DNA of 62,379 bases, counting the filler, from Chiloscyllium plagiosum (Eukaryota), in assembly GCF_004010195.1 (NCBI RefSeq). It is 4 parts of one record of this genome, joined end to end, with 100 filler letters (N's around TTAATTAATTAA, not from the genome) between each part and the next. Parts side by side here need not be neighbours in the genome. Positions count along the whole stretch, not along the records: positions 43,872 to 62,379 come from NC_057712.1; 3 more parts are not named here. One strand, 5' to 3'. The translations under genes were made by a program, and so were the position numbers. Below the pieces are notes generated by a model that searched no databases, was not told the DNA's origin, and saw only the letters and a list, made by a program, of their open reading frames with translations. Numbering within the stretch: the first letter of the stretch is position 1; every line of letters begins with the position of its first letter. This document shows positions 53,521 to 62,379 of this stretch, piece by piece.

Positions 53521-54280
53521 CAAGTTTATTTGAAATCACAAGTTTTTGGAACTCTGCTCTTTCATCAGGTGAAGTGAAATATTCCAAGTTCTGGAAATAT
53601 TAAAGAGGGGATAAAGAGGCTGAAAAAATTAAATAGATAGGTTAAGTGGGTAGACATCTGGCAGAGAGGTACAATGTTGCAAGATTAAAAAGGCACAATA
53701 TCTAATGGTGAAAGCCTCCAGAGCTCTGAGACACAGTTACAGATGTGTGTCCTCGTACATAAATCACAAAAGATTACTTTATAGGGCACATCCATTAATT
53801 AGGAAAGCTAATAGAATGTTAATATTCATCATGAGTACAGTTTAACTCAAAGGTATAGATGTATGTTTCAGTTATACAGAGCACTGATGAGGGCACTTCT
53901 GAAGTATTATGTACAGTGTTGGTTACCTTGTTTAAACAAGAATGTAAAGGTGGTGGCAGCATTTCAGAAAAGATTTACAAGACTACTACCTGAATGAGCA
54001 TGTTGTCTAACGACAAGATAATTAGTCATGCTAGCCATGGAGTTTAGAAAAGAAACAGGTGACTTAGAGGACCAAATTACCTCCTGCTGCTCCTATTGTT
54101 CTGTGTTTCTATACTTCTACATTTGGGTCAGCAGACTATAAGACATATGAGCTGAAGTAGTCCGTTAGCTCATTGAGTCTGCTCCACCAGTCAATCAGAT
54201 CATAGCTAATCTGATGATCCTCAAATGCACTTTCCTGTCTTTTCAAAAATCTGTCTCTGCCTTGATGACACCAACAACCA

Positions 54281-54507
54281 ATATACCGGCCACTACAGCG
54301 GACAGCTGAAACTGACAACCGGAAGCGGCAGGGACAGGCCACTATAAATGCCGGAGGAAACACCACAGAAGCGCTTCACAGGAGGCTCCCAAGCACTGAG
54401 GATGTCACCTAGACAGGGGACGAAACGTTTGCAACAAAACCTTCCAGCTCGGCGAACAGAACCACAGCAACGAGCACCCGAGCTACAAATCTTCTCACAA
54501 ACTTTGA
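54281..54507 (+). mobile_element. 227-bp PLE 3'-end insertion (Poseidon-like) with 11-bp TSD
   Basis: ACCAACAACCA at 54270-54280 and 54508-54518. CpG-rich, so probably young. TATAAA at ~54344. Homologous to 17640-17870. Confidence 0.82.
54393..54432 (+). ncRNA. Minimal type-I hammerhead ribozyme motif (intact core)
   Basis: GCA CTGAGGA T GTCACCT-AGAC-AGGGGAC GAAA CGT T TGC: stem I GCA/TGC, stem II 6 of 7 pairs, palindromic stem III ACGT, triplet GUU. Confidence 0.8.
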
Positions 54508-54607
54508 ACCAACAACCAGCCCACAACAGCTTTATACAGCAATAGAATTTCCACAGGATTCTACCTTCTGTGAGAGGAAATTCCCCCTCATTTGTTTAAA
54601 ATGGATG

Positions 54608-54840
54608 ACAGAAAAGCACAGCAGGTCAGGCAGCATCCGAGGAGCAGGAAAATCGACATTTCGGGCAATAGCCCTGGTGGGAAGGAAGATTTGGCAGGTA
54701 GGTCAGGTCATGAGGATGGTGCTGAACTGGAAGGTTGGAACTGGGGTAAGGTGGGGGGAGGGGAAATGAGGAAACTGGTGAAGTCCAAATTGATACCCTG
54801 GGGTTGAAGTGTTCCGAGGCAGAAGATGAGGTGTTCATCC
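54608..54840 (-). mobile_element. PLE 3' fragment with internal deletion removing the CTGATGA core
   Basis: Homologous to 60690-61050. Confidence 0.75.
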
Positions 54841-55189
54841 CTAGGACACATTGATCGGATAGATTTGGATAGGATGTTAATTCTAATGCAAGAATTTAAA
54901 TTAAGTGTTACTGTTTAAAAACAATGGGTGCTTCATTTAAAAAAGAGGACAATTCTTTCCTGACCAAGTATTGAGAGACTTTAGAACACTCCAGAGAAGG
55001 TGGCAGAAGCTGAAGCTTGAATATTTTTATGGCAGAGATGGATAGATTCCTGTTAAGCAAAGGGGGGAAAGTTTATTGGGGATAGGAGGGTCTATGGATT
55101 TTTAGGTAACAACCAGAGGTACCTTGATCTTATAAACAGCAGATCCGACTGGAGGGGCTGAATGGCTGATCCTTGTTTATTTTTCATTC

Positions 55190-56730
55190 TGTTGTGGGAA
55201 ATAGGCATTGCTGACTGGACTTGTATTTATTGCCCATCCCTAGTTTGATTTGATTTATTTGTTGTCACATCTATCTTGTTAGAAAATACAATGAAAAGTG
55301 TTGCCTAATGTTGCCACTCTCTGCCGCCATCTTAAAACACAGAAAATAGTTGCTCTCGAGAAGGTGGTGGTGAGCTGCCTTCTTGAATTGCTGTAATCCT
55401 TCCTTTGGGAGGAAATTCCAGGAATTTCACCCAGTGATGGTGAGGGAACAGTAATATATTTTCAAGTTGGGATGCTAAGTGGCTTGGAGGGGAACACTCA
55501 GATGGTGTTCTCATGCATCTGCTATGCTTATCCTTCTAGATGAAGTGGTTGTGGGTATGGAAATTGCGATCCTGAGCAGCAGTATTGGATGGAGGATACT
55601 TATGGATGTAGTGTCAATCAAACAGGCTGCTTTGTCCTGGATGGTGTCAACCTTCTTGAGTGTTGTTGGAGCTGCAATCATCCAGATAAGGGAAGAGGAT
55701 TCCATAACATTCCTCACTTGTGCCTTGTTGATGGTGGATAGACTTTGGGAGTTAAGAAGTGAGTTATTCACAGAATTCCTATCCTCTGACCTGCTTTTGT
55801 CAACACTGTGTTTATGTGGTGAGTCCAGTTGAGTTTCTGATCAATGGTAACCCTCAAGATATTGCTAGTCATGATGACACCGCTGAATGTCAAGGGGCAG
55901 TGGTTAGATTGTCCCTCATTGGAAATGGTCATTGCCTGGCATTTGTGTGGCATGAATGTTACCTGCCATTTGTCAACTGAAGCCCGAATATTCTGCAGAT
56001 CTTGTTGCATTTGAACATGGACTGCTTCAGTACCTAAGGAATGCTGCTGAACATTGCACAATCTTCCCCACTTCCCTTCTTAGGATACAGCAAAGGTCAT
56101 TAATGAAGCAGTTGAAGATGGTTGGGCCAAGGACACTACCCTCAGGAACTCCTGCAGAGGTGTTCTGGAGCTGAGATGACTGACCTGTAAGAACCACAGC
56201 CATCTTCATATGTGCCAGGTACAACTCCAACCAGTGGAGAATTTTCCGCCTGACACCCATTGATTCCAGTTTTGCTAGGACCCCTGTGATGCCACACTGG
56301 GTCAAATCCAGTTTGATGTCAAGGGCTGTCATTCTCACCTCACTCTGGAATTGAGCTCTTTTGTCTGTGTTTCAACCAAGGCTGGAATGATGTCAGGAGT
56401 TGAATGCCCTGGCAGAACCCAAACAAGGCGTCACTGAGCAGAATATTGCTGAGAAGGTACTTGGTAGCATTGCTGATGACACCTTCTATTGCTTTACTGA
56501 TGATCAAGAATGGACTGATAGTACAGTAATTGGCCAGGTTGGATTTGTCCTGCTTTTTGCGTACAGGATATACTCAGGTAATTTTCCACATTGTCGGGAG
56601 ATGCCAATGATGTAACTGTAGCAGAAGAGCTTGGCTAGATGGAACGGTAAGTTCTGGAGTACAAAAATGAGTACAATTGCTGCATACTGTCAGGGCCCAT
56701 TGCTTTTGCAGTATTCAGTGCCTCCAACCT
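55190..56730 (-). mobile_element. CR1/L2-group LINE, RT to 3' tail (same family as 50900-52930, inverted)
   Basis: TALDIK..LAKLESMGV..SAGVPEGSVLGPTIFNCFINDL, DKWQVTFMPHKCQAMTIS, KAQVRNVMESS. Confidence 0.85.
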
Positions 56731-56886
56731 TAATATTACATGACTTGAATTGTTCATATGTTTGCAATATTATGGAACAGAAAATTAGAAAATCACCCCC
56801 AATAAAGCAGCACATTGTGATCTACCCCATTTTCAAGGTGAGAGTTCTGAATGATATTGTGCAAAACGTAATTTAAAGGCTCATAC

Positions 56887-57124
56887 CTTGATGACCGACA
56901 AGAAACTCGAATATGGACTGGGCACTATCTGAAGGAACATCTGGTAGGTCCAGTTTGCTGTGGTGTTGTTGGAGGAATTGCTCAAGTTTAGCCCTGTTCT
57001 CTAATTCCAACAAGGCACCAATACTCCACATGAGAACAAACACAAATAGTCGTTGAAGTTGCAATGCATCAGAAATTCCTCCATCTTCTCTTGAAGGAAT
57101 CAAACCATCCAGCAGGGTAATTGA
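56887..57124 (-). CDS. DNAH8: Axonemal dynein heavy chain exon (AAA2 lid region)
   Basis: Polypyrimidine-TAG acceptor and GTATGA donor; 238 bp, phase 0 to 1. SITLLDGLIPSREDGG..LQRLFVFVLMWSIGALLELENRAKLEQFLQQHHSKLDLP..IFEFLVGHQ. Confidence 0.9.
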
Positions 57125-57421
57125 CTAAAGGAAGAGAAAAATGTGCATATTTCCTTTCAAAGAAACATTAAGTTTTTTTCTGTATTTTTCAAAAGTACAT
57201 CAACATACCAGAGAAAAATTCATTCACAAATCAATATACTTTGCCAGATAATTGATGAATACAGACTCACAATTCAATATTTCACGAGGGATGTTCTTAA
57301 CCCTCCAAGAGGTTGTGGGGCTTGTAGTGACAAAAGCAGTATTTCGCTTTTTGTGTGGCATTGGAGGTGTCTTTTCAGAAAAAAAATATGATAAGGTAGC
57401 ATTACAGTAGAAGTTCCCAAC

Positions 57422-57562
57422 CTGCGTGATGTAGTTACACTCCAGTAGCTCCATTACTGGATTGAGGTTTAACTTCATGTAGAGATAACTATCTTCAAAG
57501 GCTCTGTCGTATACATCTTGCAGAATTTCAGCTTCCCAAGGAGTACGTTTATTTAACCAAGC
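57422..57562 (-). CDS. DNAH8: Axonemal dynein heavy chain exon
   Basis: TTTCAG acceptor, GTTGGG donor; 141 bp = 47 codons. AWLNKRTPWEAEILQDVYDRAFEDSYLYMKLNLNPVMELLECNYITQ. The YMKLNLNP..LLECNYI motif favours DNAH8 over DNAH5, from recall. Confidence 0.9.
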
Positions 57563-57719
57563 CTGAAAGCCAAAATAGAATAATGAGGGGAGAGTGGCAA
57601 TCATTCCTTAATTTAACAAGTAAAATGTTTTGAAATACAACTGAAAGGCATTGGTAGACAATGTGCAATCATCAGTCATGTTTCTCTCATTATTGTACAA
57701 TAGATATAAGAAATAAAAG

Positions 57720-59070
57720 ATAGACAGAGGGTGGTGGTAGAGGGTTGTTTTTCAGACTGTGACCAGTGGAGTGCCACAAGGATCGGTGCTGGGTCCACTA
57801 CTTTTAATCATTTATATAAATGCTTTGGATGCGAGCATAAGAGGTAAGTTAGTAGGTTTGCAGATGACACCAGAATTGGAGGTGTAGTGGACAGCGAAGA
57901 GGGTTATCTTAGATTACAACAGGATCTTGATCAGATGGGCCAATGGGCTGAGAAGTGGCAGATGGAGTTTAATTTAGATAAATGTGAAGTACTGCATTTT
58001 GGGAAAGCAAATCTTAGCAGGACTTATACACTTAATGGTAAGGTCCTAGGGAGTGTTGCTGAACAAAGAGACCTTGGAGTGCAGGTTCATAGCTCCTTGA
58101 AAGTGGAGTCGCAGGTAGATAGGATAGTGAAGAAGGCGTTTGGTATGCTTTCCTTTATTGGTCAGAATATTGAGTACAGGAGTTGGGATGTGATGTTGTG
58201 GCTGTGCAGGACATTGGTTAGGCCACTGTTAGAATATTGTGTGCAATTCTGGTCTCCTTCCTATCAGAAAGATGCTGTGAAACTTGAATGGGTTCAGAAA
58301 AAATTTACAAGGATGTTACCAGGTTTGGAGGATTTGAGCTATAGGGAGAGGTTGAATAGGATAGGGCTCCTGAAGCGTCGGAGGCTGAGGGATTACCTTA
58401 TAGAGGTTTATAAAATCATGAGGGGCATGGATAGGGTAAAGAGACAAAGTCTTTTTCCTGGATGACGCAGTCCAGAACTAGAGGGCATAGACTTAGAGTG
58501 AGAGGGGAACAAGGGGTGGCACAGTGGCTCAGTGGTTAGCACTGCTGCTTCGCAGCACCAGAGATCCGGGTTCGATTCCAGCCTCGGGCGTCTGTCTGCG
58601 TGGAGTTTGCACATTCTCCTCGTGTCTGCGTGGGTTTCCTCTGGCTGCATCGGTTTCCTTTCACAGTCCAAAGATGTGCAGGTCAGGTGAATTGGCCATG
58701 CTAAATTGCCCGTAGTGATAGGTGCATGAGTAGGGGAATGGGTTTGGGTGAGTTATTCTTTGGAGTGTCAGTGTGGACTTGTTGGGCTGAAGGGCCTGTT
58801 TCCGCACTGTAGGAAATCTAATCTCATATAAAAGAGACCTAATGGGCAACCTTTTCACGCAGAGGGTGGTATGTGTATGGAATGAGCTGCCAGAGGAAGT
58901 GGTGGAGGCTAGTACAATTGCAACATTTAAAAGGCATCTGGATGGGTATATGAATAGGAAGGGTTTGGAGGGATATGGAGAGGTGGGACTAGATTGGGTT
59001 GGGATATCTGGTTGGCATGGACAAGTTGGACCGAAGGGTCTGTTTCCGTGCTGTACAGCTCTGTGACTCC
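57720..59070 (+). mobile_element. CR1 LINE 3' part
   Basis: SGVPQGSVLGPLL, FADDT, WQMEFNLDKCEVLHFG, LEYCVQFWSP, QRVVCVWNELPEEVVEA; 3'UTR present. Confidence 0.92.
58513..58826 (+). mobile_element. HE1-like V-SINE nested in CR1
   Basis: GTGGCTCAGTGGTTAGCACTG..GGTTCGATTCC head, V-domain, AATCTAATCT tail. Confidence 0.9.
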
Positions 59071-59661
59071 ATATGTTTGCAAAGCAAAGACTCTGTGAGA
59101 TTGTTGATAAGCAATGATGCAGAATTCTGTAGCTAATGTACTGACAAATGTGTATGATACATTGTGTGGACTTGGCATGAGAAGAGTGAAATGAAACAGA
59201 ACGTTTTGATATTGTTATGGCACAAAGAAAAAGGCTGGAACAAATCAGCCTTCCAATCTCTGTATTCAAAATACAGCAAAATTAAACAGACCCTTAAAAT
59301 TGACTGCAATGGTTCTCAACCAGACTTCATTGAATAATTAATCCCAGATCATGTGAATAATTAATTCTTGACACCGCATTAAACAACAACCTAGCAATTT
59401 ATCAACAATTCAATACCTTTAGCAGTGCAAAATTAAACAACAAAGTAATCTAATTGTGTCTATGTTTAAACCCACTAACATTTGTTTTCAGCCCCATTCA
59501 CACAAACACAGACAACACAGTTAAGGGATAAAGAAAAGAAAATAACAAAATAACTAATGTCCTTCAGAGAAGGAAATCTGCCATCCTCACCCAGCCTGGC
59601 CGACATGTAAATCCAGACACACAACAAAGCGATTGACTCTGAATTGCCCTCTGAAATAGCC

Positions 59662-61105
59662 ACCGGCACCACTCCCCACCTCTTCCTCCGCTACATTGAT
59701 GACTGCATTGGCGCCACCTCGTGCTTCCACGAGGAGGTCGAGCAATTCATCAACTTCACCAACATATTCCACCCTGACCTTAAATTTACTTGGACCATCT
59801 CTGACACCTCCCTCCCCTTTCTGGACCTCTCCATCTCCATTAATGACGACCGACTTGACACTGACATTTTTTACAAACCTACTGACTCCCACAGCTACCT
59901 GGATTACACCTCTTCCCACCCTACCTCCTGCAAAAATGCCATCACGTATTTCCATTTCTTCCGTCTCCACCGGATCTGCTCCCAGGAGGACCATTTCCAC
60001 CACAGAACACACCAGATGGCCTCCTTCTTTAGAGACCCCAATTTCCCTTCCCACGTGGTTAAAGATGCCCTCCAACGCATCTCGTCCGCATCCGGCACCT
60101 CCGCCCTTAGGCCCCACCTCTCCAATCGTAACAAGGACGGAACGCCCCTGGTGCTCACCTTCCACCCTACCAACCTTTGCATAAACCAAATCCTCCGCCG
60201 ACATTTCCGCCACCTCCAAACGGACCCCATCACCAGTGATAAATTTCCCTCCCCACCCTTTTCTGCCTTCCGCAAAGACGATTCCCTCCATGACTACCTG
60301 GTCAGGTCCACGCACCCCTACAACCCACCCTCCCGTCCTGGCACCTTCCCATGTTACTGCAGTAATTGCAAAACCTGCGCCCACACCTCCTCCCTCACCT
60401 CCATCCAAGGCCCTAAAGGAGCCTTCCACATCCATCAAAGTTTTACTTGCACATCCACTAATATCATTTATTGTATCCGTTGCTCCCGATGCGGTCTCCT
60501 CTACATTGGGGAGACTGGACGCCTCCGAGCAGACCGATTTAGGGAACACCTCCGGGACACTCGCACCAATCAACCATGCCACCCTGTGGCCCAACATTTC
60601 TACTCCCCCTCCCACTCTGCCGAGGACATGGAGATCCTGGGCCTCCTTCACCGCCACTCCCTCACCACCCAACGCTTGGAGGAAGAATGCCTCATCTTTT
60701 GCCTCAGAACACTTCAACCCCAGGGCATCAATGTGGACTTCAACAGTTTCCTCATTTCCCCTTCCCCCACCTTACCCCAGTTCCAAACTTCCAGCTCAGC
60801 ACTGTCCCCATGACTTGTCCTACCTGCCTATCTTCTTTTCCACCTATCCACTCCACCCTCCTCCCTGACCTATCACCTTCATCCCCTCCCCCACTCACCT
60901 ATTGTACTCTATGCTACTTTCTCCCCCCCCCCACCCTCCTCTCATTTATCTCTCCACCCTTCAGGCTCTCTGCTTGTATTCCTGATGAAGGGCTTTTGCC
61001 CGAAACGTCGATTTTACTGCTGCTCAGATGCTGCCTGAACTGCTGTGCTCTCCCAGCACCACTAATCCAGAATCTGGTTTCCAGCATCTGCCGTCATTGT
61101 TTTTA
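59662..61105 (+). mobile_element. 5'-truncated Neptune-like PLE with open RT-thumb-Cys linker-GIY-YIG frame (to 60813) and 14-bp TSD
   Basis: FLRYIDDC, LPFLDL, YKPTDSHSYLDYTSSHP, CYCSNCKTC, NIIYCIRCSRCGLLYIGETGR..RFREH, GIN. CCTCTGAAATAGCC at 59648-59661 and 61106-61119. Confidence 0.93.
60975..61018 (+). ncRNA. Minimal hammerhead ribozyme motif in PLE 3' end
   Basis: GTATTC CTGATGA A GGGC-TTTT-GCCC GAAA CGT C GATTTTAC. Intact core and GUC triplet; stem I is short or interrupted. Confidence 0.75.
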
Positions 61106-61119
61106 CCTCTGAAATAGCC

Positions 61120-61533
61120 TAGCAGACCATTCAGTTGTAGCAATCATTGAAGTCTCAAAGTAAAGAAAGTGAACAGATTAACTAACATTGACCTAGGCAC
61201 GGGAAAAGACAGTAGCAGAAACAGCCCTGTCGACCCTGCACAGCCCTATTCAATAATATCTGAGAGCTAGTGCCAAAATTGGGAGAGCTGTCTCACAGAC
61301 TAGTCAAGCAACAGCATGACATAGTTGTACTCACAGAATCATACCTTACAGACAATATCCCAGGCACCACCATCACCATCCCTGGATATGTCCTGTCTCA
61401 CCGGCAAGACAGACCCAATAGGGGTGGCAGCACAGTGGTATACACTCGGGAGGGAGTTACCCTGAGAGTCCTCAACATTGACTCCGGACCCCATGAAGTC
61501 TCGTGGCTTCAAGTTAAACACAGACAAGGAAAC
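61120..61533 (+). mobile_element. CR1/L2-group LINE 5'UTR (continues from 59555-59661) and start of APE endonuclease
   Basis: PKLGELSHRLVKQQHDIVVLTESYL..IPGYVLSHRQDRPNRGGSTVVY. Confidence 0.8.
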
Positions 61534-62379
61534 ACAGCGGCGGCAGCTGGGCGGAAGTGAAGTCGGAGCGCAGAGCCGGTCGGGAAGGTAAGTAATTGTT
61601 ATTTGAGTGGAGAAGGAACCCGAGACACTATACGTGTAGTGTCTCCCACCCTCCCTCCTCCTCTAATCTAAAAAAAAAGTAAGCTACTTGGTGTTCTTGT
61701 TTTGGAGACTAAGTGTAGAGTTATGACAGCGCAGGCAGTGGAATGTTCCTCTTGCAGGATGTTTGGGGTAGGGGTGACCACCGATGCTCCTGCTGACTTC
61801 ATCTGCAGGAAGTGCAGCCAGCTCCAGCTCCTCACAGACCGCGTTAGGGAACTGGAGCTGGAGTTGGATGAACTGAGAATTATTCGAGAGGCTGAGAGGG
61901 TGATAGATGGAAGCTACAGGGACATAGTTACGCCAGAGAACAGAGGTAGCTGGGTAACAGTTAGAAGTGGGAAGGGGAGGAAGCAGGCAGTGCAGGGATC
62001 CCCTATGGTTGTTCCCCTCAACAATAAGTATACCGCTTTGGATACTGTTGGGGGGGGCTGCCTAGCAGGGGTAAGCTGCAGTGACCGGGTCTCTGGCACG
62101 AGGTCCGGCTCTGAATCTCAGAAGGGAAAGGGGGAGAGGAGGAGAGCGCTAGTTATAGGAGACTCTCTAGTTAGAGGCGGTTCTGTGGACATGGGCGAGA
62201 CTCTCGGTTGGTTTGTTGCCTCCCGGGTGCCAGGGTCCAAGATGTCTCGGACCGTGTCTTCAGAATCCTTAAGGGGGAGGGTGTGCAGCCAGAAGTCATG
62301 GTGCACATTGCACCAACGACATAGGTAGGAAGAGAGGTGGGGAGGTCATTCAAGAGCTCAGGGAGTTAGGCTGGAAGCT
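61534..62379 (+). mobile_element. CR1 LINE 5' end with ORF1 (zinc finger, coiled coil, SGNH esterase), frameshifted
   Basis: VECSSCRMF..FICRKCSQLQLLTDRVRELELEL..PLNNKYTAL..ALVIGDSLVRG. Confidence 0.88.

Noticed and set aside
58513..58590. tRNA-like sequence with A and B boxes (also at 27588, 12340 and 16161)
   Set aside because: SINE heads that continue into SINE bodies; not tRNA genes.
59587..60717. 376-aa minus-strand ORF
   Set aside because: Antisense shadow of the C-rich PLE ORF; no recognisable domain.

Overview
Repeat-dense vertebrate genomic DNA, most likely from a shark or other cartilaginous fish (inferred from HE1-type V-SINEs and abundant CR1/HER1-like LINEs). It is made of four contigs joined by artificial 100-bp N44-TTAATTAATTAA-N44 spacers. 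Host genes are two spliced exons of CUL9 (cullin-9/PARC, CUL7/9 family) on + at 7.1-9.3 kb and three consecutive exons of an axonemal dynein heavy chain (best recalled match DNAH8) on - at 49.6-57.6 kb. Nearly everything else is decayed retroelement sequence: CR1, L1, RTE, another CR1/L2-group LINE, a Gypsy LTR/integrase remnant, SINEs, Tigger-like MITEs and many Penelope-like element (PLE) pieces. The main signal not shown by the ORF track is a set of minimal type-I hammerhead-ribozyme motifs (CTGANGA-N-stem II-GAAA-palindromic stem III). They occur in at least five sequence-distinct PLE-type families, with compensatory stems. They include very small (about 95-230 bp) TSD-flanked insertions and three head-to-head inverted insertions that share the same ~36-nt arm asymmetry. 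All family and gene assignments are by eye and from recalled motifs; no searches were run.
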